This document shows, in pieces, positions 28,542 to 42,694 of a DNA stretch of 64,000 nucleotides (position 1 is its first letter; each line of letters starts with the position of its first letter). The notes beneath the pieces were generated by a model. That model had not been told where the DNA came from and did not search any database. It worked only from the letters and a program-made list of their open reading frames with translations. The translations under genes and the position numbers were made by a program. The DNA is from the human T2T-CHM13v2.0 reference genome, Homo sapiens, in the NCBI RefSeq assembly GCF_009914755.1, contig NC_060925.1, one strand, 5' to 3'.

Positions 28542-31264
28542 AAGGGAAAGTATCCATTATCAGATGAACTTCTTAAATCATACTTAAATGACTACTTATA
28601 CAAAACGCTAGATGGAAACCTGTGAAGAGTTAAGTCAACCAGACAGAAGAAAAATTAAAAAGGAAAAATAAATTTGTAGAAATTTGTCTGCAATAGGCTT
28701 GAGCACTTCTGGAAGAGAATAAATAAATCCATCATTAGAAGGTTATATAACTATGTTGCCATCCATATATGGGGGAGAGAGGAAGTATTGTGGCTGATTT
28801 ACATCAAACATTCACTAAGTAGTAAGGGGATATTTCATTTAAGCCCCCATTACTTCACAGTGTTCAGATTTAAACCATTATATATCTCCTCAATTGGGGT
28901 AGAGATCTTGATTTTTATACACCTAAAAGTAGAAACACAAAGCTAACTTCTGTAATAAATGTACAATTTGGGGAAATACAATGAAACCATTTGAAATGTA
29001 ATAAAAGTGAATAATCTTTACCTATCCATTTGGGTAATTTGCTGTATTCAAGTAAACACAACTTCTATCAATTTTCTCAGCAGCAATGTATTAGAACCAA
29101 AGATGACAGTTCTATAAACATAGCAGAATATACTCTTCTGGAGGCTTACTCTTATTTTCTAGCTAAGTGCCTTTCTCCCCACAGTAAAAGAAGATATTTA
29201 CAATCTCATATATGGAAATGGTCATAGGATCACCACAGAACAATTCAGACCTCATTATATAAGCACAGATGAAGACCTACAGTGTCTAAGGGGCAGTGGG
29301 GAAAGGGACAGGCCAATGGTTAATGCCTAATGGAAACTGATCCAAAGAGAATAATTTTCTTCTCTAATATTCTCTCTCCTCCTCTCTCTGTGTTTCTCAT
29401 CTCCAAAACTACTTCCTACTCCAAGGAACAGCTTGATACTGGAAGCTCTGTGCACATGTAAAAGGGTAAAGTAGAACAATGAAACCATACAAAGAGAACA
29501 AAGGAGGAAGAAGGCCAATCCTGGAAGCCTCATTCTCCATAACAAGGTTCCCTTAATCTAAAAACCTACCAAGGGAGGCAAACACAGAGAAGAAGCTGCT
29601 AAGAGTGCTGATACTGAACATGCAAATCAAAGGGCTTATAGCAACAGCAGAAAGTCAAGATGGCAGGTTTGGTAATAACACAGCTACTGACTTGCAAACA
29701 CTCCAAAAATGCTTGCTGAACTGAATTAAATAGTTCACAGCTTGAAGTAGGAAAAACCATGATGAGCAAGACTGGAAAAGGTGGTACCTCTAATCTGTAA
29801 AAATAATAACAGCAATAAAGAGAAAACTATGAAGGAAATAGAGTTGGAATATTTCAAAACAAAAGGCCAACACAAAAAGAAGATAATATTTACTTAGCTT
29901 GGCTTCATCAGCTAACTCAGAAAAATCCCGCATGAAAGCAAAGCACAAGACTCGGTTTCTCCTTGAGACCCTGTTTGTTAGCTCTGTCTCCACACAGCGA
30001 TACAGTTTGCACAGGGGATTCTGCCACAGTTCTGCCACCTGTACTCTGATATTTTCTCAGTGATCATGTGGGTCCTCTCTCTGTGTCCAGAGGACTCAAT
30101 TAAAAAGACATTCATAAATTGAATGTCTAGGTTTCACACATCCACATCCTCAGAAGCAGGTGTCCACTACAATGTATTTATTAATATTTTATCAGATGTC
30201 ATTTTATCTAGACAAGTTCATCATCGCCACAGTTATTACCAGGTAGTCCTACTGCAAAGGGCAATTGAAGAGCACCTGGCTTCCTCCCAAAAGGCTCCAA
30301 AGACCGAACGACTCCAACCTGAGTGTTCGAGATTCACAGGAGGAGCTCGTCACGTAATCACACAAATCAGAAAACTGAAGAGAAAAATAAAATGGGTCAA
30401 AATATCAACTCACACAAAAACAGCTACTCTAAATGACTTAAAATTTCTTTTAATGAAGAATTTTTAAAAAGCTTCTATAGAAATAACAAGATATTCTTCT
30501 AGGCATGAAAGCTTTCTCTTCTAGAGCCACCCAAGAAAAACACACTTGTGATTCTTCATACACAGAAAACAAGCAAACATCATCACTACCTAGTTACAAT
30601 GCGAAACTGCTGGGAAAACAGGAGTGAAACAGGAGTCTTTGTCACAAACAGCATCAATTACATAACCAATGTGATGCTGTCCCTTCATACTGGGCACATT
30701 CCCAATCAGGGGAAAGAACACTGGTTGGCTTTTTAAGTGAATAATGATAAAGACTGCGTCTATTATTTTTGGAGTATGTCTACACAGCTGGTGTCATGGG
30801 CCTTGATGGTAATAGGAAACAGACATACAAGGGTAGGGAGACTGAGGATGATGGTATCACAGGAAGGTGGGATGGGAGGGGCTGTGCAGCTATATTTCAC
30901 AACTTTATTACTTTTATAATACAAAAAGATTACCTTGACTAATCTTTATTATGAACACAAAACCCATTTGACTTTTTAAAAACTAATGAATTTATGCAGC
31001 CATTACACTTGCCCTAATTATTCAAACTGCTACATAAAGTATGAACTGATACACCAGGTACAGATTTAGATGTTCAGGACACAGGAGTCAACAGCCCCAG
31101 TGAAAGTGCCACACTCCAGGAACTCTCTTACACATCCCTCCCACATGGCCCCACACGTCTATCACCACACATATGAGGTATCTGACCCATTTCTGTAATA
31201 CTAAGTTCATAACGAGTCAAGTCTAGTTCTGTCTCATTTAGCACCTTTCCTGTATGTCTTAAAG

Positions 31265-32904
31265 TCGTGGTTCTCAAAAAGTATGAACCACGGGCCCCTT
31301 AGGATCCCCAAGGCTCTTCAACTGGATCTGTGAGGTCAAACTAGAATTCTAAAGCTGTTATTTGCCTTTTTGTACAGCATCAACAGTACAAGAGCAACAG
31401 CATGTAAAAATGTGTGTACCTTACTACACAGCAAGGCAGTGGCCCCACACTGTACTTACTAGCTGTCATCTTACCACATAACTGCAGTTAAAATAAATGA
31501 AGAGATCAGTCACCTCACTTATTGTCCTTGATGGATGATATGATTTGGCTGTGTCCCCACCCAAATCTCATCTCGAACTGTAGCTCCCATAATTCCCTCG
31601 TGTTGTGGGAGGGACCCAGTGAGAGATAACTAAACCATGGTGGCGGTTTCCCCCATACTGTTCTTGTGGCAGTGAATAAGTCTCACAAGATCTGATGGTT
31701 TTAGAAGGGGAAATCCCTTCCACTTGGCTCTCACTCTTCTCTTATCTGCCGCCATGTGAGACGTGCCTTTCACCTTCCACCATGATTGTGAGGCCTCCCC
31801 AGCCATGTGGTACTGTGGGTCCATTAAACCTCTTTCTTTTGTAAACTGCCCAGTCTCGGGTATGTCTTTATCAGCAGCAGGAAAACGGACTAATACAATG
31901 GAGAAGTAAAAAACTGATTTTATTACGCCTTGACTCTTGAGCACACACACACTATGACTCTGTGTGAAGGAAGGGAAAGCCCTGTTGCAGCATATACTGG
32001 TGGCTGTCGCAAGGGTCAGCACCTGTGGGGTGGACCTATGAGGTGATGAGCCACTTTTCTTCATTGAACCCAACCTTGTACTTGACAGAGCGATATATAA
32101 ACAATGGTTATTCCGACAAGGCTATCTGGCAGGCATTTTAAAGAAAAGAAACAAAACAGGCCCATTTTCGAGGAAAACAGTAAGATTAAGCTTTTATGAA
32201 AATTTTAGACTTTCTTAAAACTTGAATAACCACTGTGATCTTGACAATTTCCCTACACTTAAGAATTTTCTGATTCATGACAAGAATTTTTGATATTACA
32301 AGTGAAATATATAAACATTTGGGAGATTTTTCTAAGTGGCCAATGCATGATATTCAAAATAATACCTAAAACAGAGTTTTTAAAGTTCATAGATAGGGTT
32401 TCAGGATCTACATACATCTCGACCAAACTTTGAGATACCACTTCTCTAGTGTTATATCAAAGAAGATCCACTATTATCTGAAAGGAAATTCAAGCACTCC
32501 CTTTTCCAACTACAAACCTGTGTGAGGCTAGGTTTTCTTTGGTTGGATGGCAACCACAGCTACATATCACAACAGATTGAATGCAGATGCAAGGCAAGAA
32601 AACAGCTGTCTTCTAATAAGCCAGATATTAAAGATATTCGCAAAAAATAACGAAGCATACTTCTCAATAAGTGTCTTAGTTTTGGAAAATAGTTATTTTT
32701 CACGAAAGTATTATTTATGTTAACATACAGGTGGTTATATTGTTATTTTAAATTCAATAATGATTTCTAAAATCCCTTTTTTATTTCTGATATGGTAGAT
32801 TATGTGATTGATAGAACTCACATAAACAAAAACTCTTTGGAGTCCTCAATTATTTTCCAGAGTGTAAAAAAAAGGCATGAGACTAAAATAATTGAGAAGC
32901 ACTA
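31265..32904. mobile_element. Charlie1a-like hAT element, split by a THE1B LTR
   Basis: TIR-like gtggttctcaa...ttgagaagcac, internal acagattgaatgcagatgca...cagctgtcttctaataagccagatattaaaga. Confidence 0.8.
31536..31897 (+). mobile_element. THE1B solo LTR
   Basis: tgatatgatttggctgtgtccccacccaaatctcatc...aaaacggactaataca, perfect TSD ATGGA. Confidence 0.95.
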
Positions 32905-34930
32905 TCTGAAAGAAACATTTAGGTGGCAGTTCCCACAAGGAAACACAGGGGCACGTTTATGGAAAAGAATTTGAGACATAAAGCAGGTGAGCTAAAATTT
33001 CCTCACCATCGGGTGACAAAACGCAGTTTCATTTCAATTCATTAAGCCAAATACGTATTCACTGAGGTTTCTCTTTAGGGTCAGACAATGATTAAACTAT
33101 TTAAACATTTGGATCTCCATTAATCTTCCATCAATTTCCCAAATGACTAGTCTTGTGTAACACTACGGTAACACAGTATGTAAATTCACCCAGTTAGCTC
33201 ACTGGTACTTGTATACTCTCCCAAATCCACTAACATTCACTACATTGTCTTTTGCCACCATTGGCTGAGAGGCTTCTCACTGAATTATTGATTTTCTGCC
33301 AATTAATTACCATAGTTAAGATTCAGTTGAGCTTCTCTTCGCAGAAATTCTTTTTTCCAATCTCACTTCTCTTGTACCCTTTGGAGTCTGTTGGGGAATC
33401 AAAATAATTGGTAACCTAAGGATAAGATACTGAGTTCTAAAAATATCCTTGGCATAACTTACAAATAACTCAGTTGTCAGACACTTAAATGGGCAAAGCA
33501 CTGTTCTCCAGTGGATTCCACACTTGGATGCTTTTCAGCTGATCTTCCCTCAACTCTCTGTCAACAACTTTACTACAGGAATCTAAGACAAATCCATTTT
33601 ACTGAACCCAGGGGAAAACTGATAAGTGCATTCACATATAGGCTCCTGTTTAGAAAAATGGCATGCTTGAGGTATAAGAACTATAAAAAAGAAAAAAGAA
33701 TCTCCTTATCTATAGTAAGGCATATGCGTTTCAGGAAAGGAAACACAACTTCTAATTCCTGAAACAATACTTGCACAACTAAACAGACACTTCCTGCAGC
33801 AGTTCAGAAACCATCCAGCCAAGGAGGACGAATCACAGAACAGGAAGTCATCGCTCTATCTCAAGTCAAGGGTTCCTCTGAGGGCTTCCAGAGCCCACTG
33901 GAGTGTGCCTGCAATCCAGCAACGCAATCCGGGAATTCCATCTCTCCTATCCTCTTCCCCACAAGGGAAGTCAAGTCCCCAGACACCTTGCTGGAGCACA
34001 TCATGGAACAGACAGTCCTCACCTCCCCAATTCCCACAGTCTCTCACCTCCACCTCCAGGGCCCTCCCACGCAGGCTACACAAAACCCCTCAAGAGTTTA
34101 TCTCAAGATGCCCCATAAAAATGACTCTTGACTTTATTTCTCTAAAAGGTGTGTGTCACCAATTGCGCAGTGAGATTCAATAAAGCTCCATTTATTTTTG
34201 TATACAACTTGAGTCTGAAGAAAGTAAATAAATTAAACCAAACTTAATAAAGTTGAAGGAGAAATAAGAAATTTAACTCAGTGATAGCACCAGCATTTTA
34301 ACAAGACTGCTGGAAGAAAGTGAGCTGGAGTTCATACACACTGTTTTCTGGAAAGCAGAGGGTATGGAGGAGAAACACAGTGGACCTGATGTCACATGCT
34401 GATTCAGACCCTAGCTCTCGGGCCCTACCTACTTCCTGAACGGGAACATGGCTTAGAGAAGCACATGGCATTGGGCCTCGCCCATGCAACCAGCCACACA
34501 CAAATTAGTTCCATCCCTGCATTCCTCCCAATATCTCTACCACCATAAAAAAACAAAAAAAGGAAAAAAAAAATTGTCCTGCAGTGAAAGAATATGAGAT
34601 CTTCCAACTAACTGCAGACCAAAGTCAGTCATATCGAACAGTGAATTCTTTACCATGCATTAGACAAAAGAAACTGGATTAGAGAAGTGACTCTAAGAGA
34701 GAAATGAAACCCACCCCATCAACCTAAAATGCAGACAATACAAACAGGAAGGACTGTGCTTTGTAAGAGTTTCCTCAACATAGTTTACAGCAAACAAAAG
34801 GGAATAAACCTTGGTCAAGTTAAAGGGCTGGTTAACGGAAAGCCGGGTAAATCAGAACACGGCTGATTTCAAGGTGTGTGCCCATTTTCCGGAGTGCAGC
34901 CAACACAGGGGAGCAGTGATGAGTGCTCAC

Positions 34931-34966
34931 CGTCTCTCTTGGCCTTACTGACCTCCAGCACCCTAT
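34931..34966 (-). other. Candidate 36-nt micro-exon
   Basis: Branch-like taactaac about 65 nt upstream, no AG until ctattttcag|, donor ACG|GTGAGC. Frame-preserving: xRVLEVSKAKRD or IGCWRSVRPRET. Confidence 0.45.
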
Positions 34967-36076
34967 CTGAAAATAGCAGCCCACATAGGAACAATGACAA
35001 AACAGCCAAAAAGCATTTAAATGGAAAGAGTTAGTTAAACAAAAATTAGTAACTCGGCCTATTACAAAAATAGTTCACATGTGATTCCCTATTTCCTTGA
35101 CCAAATTGGAAAATAATTTAGCTGTTTATATTTCAGAGAGAAGATCAACACACACAGGTACTCGAGTACTGACATTTCCATATTGGTCATGACGGGATCA
35201 GTCCTGTAAGGTTTGCTACTCATGAGTACTGTGCTGCCCATTATCTGTTCTACACCAAACCCAGCTCCTCCCTGGGTCTGCCGAGGGTGGGCAGTGGAGC
35301 CCTTGGGCCAGGAGCCCCCACCAGGGCCAGGAATGTGGCTGCCTCTGGCTGGTCTCCAGGGAGGATGAGGTTTAACCTTTAACCCAGAATGGCATAGCCA
35401 TCTGGCACCTCTGCCTTTTGTTGTGTGTTGCCTTTAAGCTCTCTCTTCAGGCCTTGTGATGCAGTTTACTGACTGGCAAGGTTTTCTCTCAGTTTTCTAG
35501 TCTCCTTAGTGAGGCCATGTTAGGGCAGAGTCTAAGAAAATCAAAAAGATGCGGTACCTTATGACAAGGAGAGAGGAAAATGCTTCCGGGCCCTTGTACC
35601 AATAAACTCCTGACCAAAGAGTCAGTGAACGGAGGTTGCTCTACTTCAAAATCCAGTTTATCCCGGCCCAAGAGGAACTCTTGTTCCTCACTTCTTATGT
35701 TCTAATTTTTAATTTACTAGAACTGGCTGAGACTCTTGCTTAAAAAAATAAGAACACAGTTGAAATGGCAACAGCCTAAGCCTGTAAGTGCCGCCTGCCA
35801 TCATAAAGGGCCACTTCTATGGGTGCTTCTAGTGGGACTGAGCCCTTATGTCCCTTTTTTTCCCACTAATCACTCTTAGGAAGGGGCTACCAGAATAAGA
35901 AAAAGAAGGAAAACGTGACTGAATTATCCATTGCCACTATTTTACTACTAAAAATAAACTACCAGAGAAAAGGGAGGAAAAAAATATAAAGTTATCAATT
36001 CTTACACACACACACTTACTTAGAGGCTGTCTGAAAGCAAGAGGAATATTTAGCACAGACATTTGCAGACACTTAC

Positions 36077-36131
36077 CGTCAGAATTAAAATGGGAAGCTG
36101 CATAGATAGAAGTCACTGAATAATTAGCCAT
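36077..36131 (-). other. Candidate exon 3' part with an ATG (MANYSVTSIYAASHFNSD), ending in a consensus donor
   Basis: ATGG start, open for 55 nt to ACG|GTAAGT (phase 1). Confidence 0.3.
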
Positions 36132-37555
36132 GAAGACAATTTTCCTCCGCTATCTGCCAGATACAATTTCTTTCACTCCATCTCCAGAGGTAAACACATC
36201 TCAACTGGTATAGCTGAATGAGACCACCTGCCACTTGGTTTGCAAAGGTTCTTAATTTGGGGTAAAATTGTAGCCACCTAAAATGTTCAGATCTAAAAAT
36301 ACAAGTATTCTTTTATAAATCAAGTCTGTTGATCTTAAATCAAATTAACTCTGGTTTATATGTGAAAATAAAATAAAAAACTGATTTATCATGTAGTCTA
36401 TACACTCCTGGCCCTCAGGTATTGAAAGACTAAGAAAAACTTAGTGAATCAAAGGAAGGAAAGTTTACTGTTACCCCAAAACTTTGTAAACTGCCAGGTT
36501 TTCTAGAACTAAACAACAACAACAACAAATCTTTTTTAACCTTTCCATAAAGAACCTTAGAAAACTTGTAATAAAACTAATTTAATATAAAATTAAAATG
36601 AGCACTAATATTTCAAGCTTCAGTTTATCCTCTCTGAATGTTCACAGGAAAAAAAAAAAAAGGTGAAAATGCCCTTTTCTTCTCTCCTTAAATCCTCTAT
36701 TTCATAGTCTTCTGCTGTACGACTGGAAAAATGGAAGAAGGGGAAATTAGTCCCAAGTAATGAAGAGAATCAGTTCCCTGTAATTCCTGACCTCAGGAAA
36801 TTCTCGGTTTTAATAGTGGTGCAGGTGCTGGACACATTCAGGTAGATCCACATTTTTATCTGGGCTGAACACACCCAAGTAAATCCAAATGACTTAGGAA
36901 ACTCAGACAGCAGCTGCAAAACGACTCTGAAGACAGCGTGTTCAAGGGCTGCATAAATTATTACATATTGTATCACGTATTTACAACAAACACAAAACAT
37001 CACATTTAAGAAAAACAATAATATATATTTTTCTAAAAGTCCTAAGTCAAATATTCAACTTTTTCATAGAGATATCTTTAAAATGTTAAAATGAGGTATC
37101 TGGTCAATGCCTGTTTAACAAGCATAAGTAATAATGATGGGCCACATTTCCTGAGTCCTTTCTGCAGCCTGGGAGAAAGGCTGGGGTGAGGAACCCACTC
37201 AGCACGCACGGGCTGTGTGCTTTCAGCTTCTGCACTGACACCTTTTTCTAGATGTTCCTGAACATAAGCAGGATATTAATGGGGGCGCTTCATTTTAAGG
37301 CCTAATCTGGAGACATTACATTTTTTTAAATGTAGCTCGCAGAATAAGAATTCTGAAACCAATTTTAGTTTGGTTTCAGAATTTACCATCTCCAGGGTGC
37401 TTTTCATAAAACGATTTGTTATGGTTTTGTTCAAATGATTACATAGAAACAATCCAAACTATCTATAAAATGTCACTAAGTATCTTAGAAGTCAGAGTGG
37501 CCAGCATTTTCCAACAAGTTGTTGAAATTAAATGAAAAGATACAAATTCTCAGTA

Positions 37556-37598
37556 ACACACACACACACACACAAAAATAAATAAATAAAAATAAAAA
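37556..37598. repeat. (CA)n plus (AAAT)n simple repeat
   Basis: Read directly from the sequence. Confidence 0.9.
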
Positions 37599-38695
37599 CA
37601 TCCCACTTAAATCGTGTCAAATAAGCAATATTCAAAGTAGGAACAGGTCTTTAGAAAAGTCACCTTTCAGCAAATGGTTGTACCGCCCTCACCTAAGGGG
37701 CCTCTTTATACTCCGTGGACATCCAGGGCAGACCCTGCTTGGGCAGGCACAGTCTAAATGGCCCAGCCTCAAAGCCACAAGGGCAAGCTCAGGCCCCTCA
37801 GTCAGCCCTGCTCAGCTGGCTCCTGCCCTCCTGCCCAAGCGGTGGGACCTCTGACCCTCTAGTAATCTCTAACCTGTCTCTGACAAGCCTGACCTCAGCC
37901 CCCTATTAAATCTCAAAACCCCACCCTGGCAGCATCCTCAGCACTCCCCTCCAGTCTCCTCTCCAGATAGAGTGAGATGACCTCACTCTATCTGCCCAGT
38001 CGGACTAGAACAGGCTTGTAGAGTGTGACTCCTACTGATTCCATGGAACTGATAACATAAGAAGTGAAGGTAAAACATGAACAAAGGAGAGCGTTGCCAC
38101 CAGAGGGGAAAGGAGACAGTGGTAGAGCTGCTACGGGCAGAGCTGGCTGTGGGGAAAAAGCAAGGAATAAAAATCAACAGCTGGTGCTAAGGAGAGAGTA
38201 AAAACAAGGGGAAAAGTTGAGTCAGAGGAGCTGGTGTCAAAGATGAGCACACAGGAGAGACGTGAGTGAACACCGAGCGGAGCCAGGGCGGGGACTCCTG
38301 CCCTCACCTCATTTTATGCTCATCATCACCCACAGCCATCGCTCTGTCTGGAGTAGCTATGGCCAGACAGTTTTTATTTCTTTAGTTTCCATCCTCACTC
38401 TCCTTCTGGGAAAAACAAATATCTTGGCACCAGTGCTTAAGGGAGTCAATTTCAATGCCCCTTTACCCAGCCTCTTTCTAGCTATTCTTTTTAAGTTTTT
38501 TTTTTAAAAATCAATAAGCTCCCTTGTTCCCACCAAAGTTTTTCCAGTTCAACAACCCTAAAAAGTCCTAGTCTCTAAATTTCATATGCTTATTCTTAGA
38601 TCTAATCAGAACCTCCCCTGAAATATTCTAACACCATTTAACTTTTTTATAAAGCCTGCAGGTAATGCCCAAGCACCTCAGGTCTCAGGCAGGCC

Positions 38696-38865
38696 AGTGG
38701 TGTTCCACTGCGGCTACACTGTACCATCACCTGAAGATCTGCAGCGCCCACACCCAGGCTGCACCCATTCCAATTAAACCAGAAGCTCTGCAGGGGCCCA
38801 GGCATCTGTTTTTGTTGTTGTTGTCAATGCTCCCAGTGATTCCAATATGGAGCCAAGTTTGAGAG
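38696..38865. mobile_element. MER5A-like MITE
   Basis: cagtggtgttcc...atcacctgaaga...gcccaggcatctgttttt...ctcccagtgattccaatatggagccaagtttgaga. Confidence 0.7.
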
Positions 38866-41236
38866 GGCACAAAAGAAACACAGCCAAGGTGCCCATTCGG
38901 AGGAACAGGAACAGCTACACAACCGTGGCTAGCTGCTAGTGATGACTTACCTTGCTTACCACTTTTCAACTGCCCCTTCCCTTAGTAATAAGTGATGTTG
39001 CTAGGTTGAAATCATTGGTCCACTGGCTAGTGAGGTCTGGCCCTCAGTGTCTTCCCAGTCACCAACTCTCTCATGCATACAAAGAATACTTACCCCCAGC
39101 TCATCTAATTTCCAGTCCAATGGGCACAAAGCCTCAGGGCAACAAAGAAGGCCTTCACTCTAATAAACTGGTTGAAATAAAATTAAATTAAGCCATAAAA
39201 GAGAAAAATGCAAAGTCTGGGCCCCAAACTACAATTGAAGGTCTAGCAAAGGGCGGCCGGAGGTCGGAAAGCACACCACCCTTTGTGCTGGGCTGTCACT
39301 GCTGGGCTGTCACTGGTGCACCGGGCGGCTTCTGACTCCTTTCAGCTGTCACATTCCTCACAAAGGAGAGAAGGCCAGGGGTCCGGACGTTCCCCCCAGC
39401 ACACTAATCTCATTCCACCCGGCTCAAACTCTGCTCTGGGTCTGCAAAAGTCATCTTTTGTGCTCCCCCAACCAAAGAGGATTTCAGATTCCTGACTTTC
39501 ATATGAACTGTCTAACTTTCAATAGGGAGGGAATGGTGGACTATGTTTAGGTAGAGTCTGTGCTACAAATGACCATTTTCTTCCAATGCTCATTCGAAAA
39601 TGAAACCCTTTTTAGGGTTTTAGAAATATTTGGAATTTAAGCTTTTGTTCCTTTAAATGTTTCAAAGAAATAAAACCTATTTTCATTAGGAATAGATGGA
39701 AATCATCTTTCTAATGCTAGTACCGAGGATCGAATGGGTCCAAATATGTTAACCAAATGAAAATATTGCTTTCCACAATGGTTGACAATTACCTTAGAGT
39801 TCCACTGCCCATAGAGCTCACTGGGAAAAAAGTGAGTAACTTCCCTTGCTCTTTTCAAAACTGTTCAGCCTCATGAATGATGCCTTTGGGATGCTATTTG
39901 TAAGAGGTTTTAAGCTGAAGATGGGGGTGAGGGTGGAGGCTAGACACAAAGAAGAGGAGAAAGAAAAGAAGGTTCTAGCTTAAAACTAACCAGGATTCCG
40001 GAAAGTCAAAGGGCTAGTCTTGAAGTGGTTCTGCTGATGCCCAATTCAGGCTTACCCTGAATATACTGCATGCTCTTAGCTCACCGCTCACTCTCTCAAA
40101 TCCATTTTCCCTCATGAAACAACACAAAACATACAGAACATCACACTAGAAAAGCCTCCCCAACACTCACAGGCTATAAGAAAACTGCCCTATGTGTTTC
40201 CCACATGTGAAACGAATTTCAAACACACACTGCCACTGAGGCATCGTCTGCTGAAACTAACTTCACAGGAGAGCTCCATCAAAGCAGAACTGGGCCCCAA
40301 ATCACCAACAAGGAAGGACCCTAACATAATTCTTTGGTTGCTGAATTTATTCATGCTATTATAAGACATTTAGAATTGCTTACAGAAAAATAAACTGTTA
40401 AATATTTCTTGTTTTATCATTTTGTCAATAAATATATTCTAAATATCAATGTTCATATGAAGGAAGGGTAAGATGTTTAGCTCCTTGAATTAAATAAATA
40501 CTCTATTAAATTTCCAGTAGTTAACCTATTTGTAGAAAGAACAGCTTCTTCTTATTAATATTGAAACAATCACTACAGGGAAGAAGAGTTTTTGAGAAGC
40601 CTGTTAGTGAGAAGTGCTTCTTCCCCGCTTCGCCTGTGAGGGGATCGATGAGTTAACTCTGGGACTCTTCCACTCCTGAGAAGTGCAGGGACTTATCTGA
40701 TTAGAAAATGGTTCATTCCCGGCCTCCTCCTGCTCAAGGACCAGGCCACCGTGCAGGCAACATGCCACCTGGGCCCAGTAAGTTAAATGGCCTAATCCTG
40801 AGACTCTGCTGGCAGGACCATTTGGTTTTCACAACAAGCTGTGGCCTCCAACCTTGCCTCTATCAATAATAAATGATTATGTGGGCCTCTACTTTCACTT
40901 TCCTTACGGTTTTTAACTTTTTCAAAGCTTGGGCAGGAAGAGGGTTCTATGAGCATCCCAGAAACCCCAACATCTGTGAATGGGTAACAGTATCAATTTC
41001 ACTTCCCAAAAGGGCACTTAACCTAACAATGCACCGATGAATACAGCCAAAATTAAAACGTGGCATCAATACCCCACACACACAGGCCTGCAGGCCTGGA
41101 TGGCAGCCCCCAAACACAAACAATCCAGAGGAAAAGGCACAAGGTGGGGATAGTGAACTGGCAGAGGCCAGGTGACAGCAGCCTCTATGGTGGGACTCAG
41201 GGGCCTGAACATCAACCTAAAGAAGTAACAAGATTT

Positions 41237-41575
<339 letters not shown>

Positions 41576-41945
41576 TCAGAAGAATCACTCAGGCCCCTAC
41601 TGTGATCCAGGCAAGAGAGGCTGATCTTGGCCCTGTAGTGACAGTGGAGACCTGAGCAATTTCAGAGGTGGAATCAGAACCCCACACAGGAATTCCTTTT
41701 AGACAGGCTGAGTCTGAGGCACCCGAAAGAACACTTCGAAAGTGAAATACACACCTCACTTTTAAAACCTGTTCTCCACATTTTCTTAAAGGAAGGCACA
41801 CCTGCATGTGAGCCAAGACTGAATGTGAAACTAACAAAAGCTTGCCAATAATTGTGTCCTCATCCTCAGCCTGGCCATGATCTCTTAATTTTCATTATCT
41901 GGCTCCCAAAGAGAAGCTTGCTCTGCTTAGTCAATGTTCCTTTTA

Positions 41946-42265
<320 letters not shown>

Positions 42266-42349
42266 TGACAGCTTGTAGCTAACTCAAAGACACCTGTTGT
42301 CTTTTGATTCATCCATAAAGCATCAGAAATATACAAATAAATTATGCAG

Positions 42350-42694
42350 TGTCTTAGCCTGTTCAAGCTGCTATAACAAAAATAGCACAAGCTGGGTAGC
42401 TTATAAACCAAGAAATTTATTTCTCACAGTTCTGGAGGCTGGAAGTCCAAGATCAGGGCACTAGCACATTCAGGGTCTGGTGAGAGCCCACTTCTCTGAT
42501 TCACAGAACGTCACCATCTTACATGGGTCTCTTCCTCTCTTGGGCATCTTATAGGGGCATTTATCCAATTCAACAGAGCTCAGGCCTCATGACCTAATCA
42601 CCTTCCAAAGGCCCCACCTGTCAATACCATCACCTTGGAAGTGAGGATTTTCAACACATGAATTTTGGGGGAATATAAATATTCAGACCAAGCA
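42350..42694 (-). mobile_element. MLT1A-like MaLR LTR
   Basis: tgtcttag...gctgctataacaaaa...ttctggaggctggaagtccaagatcaggg...catgacctaatcaccttccaaaggcccca. Confidence 0.88.

Noticed and set aside
29890-30038. Possible minus-strand exon (AELWQNPLCKLYRC...)
   Set aside because: The acceptor lacks a pyrimidine tract and the donor (TAA|GTAAAT) is weak.
38095-38112. CTCF-like motifs, also at ~2168 and ~8332
   Set aside because: Each misses core positions of CCASYAGRKGGC, so they cannot be supported without a PWM scan or ChIP data.
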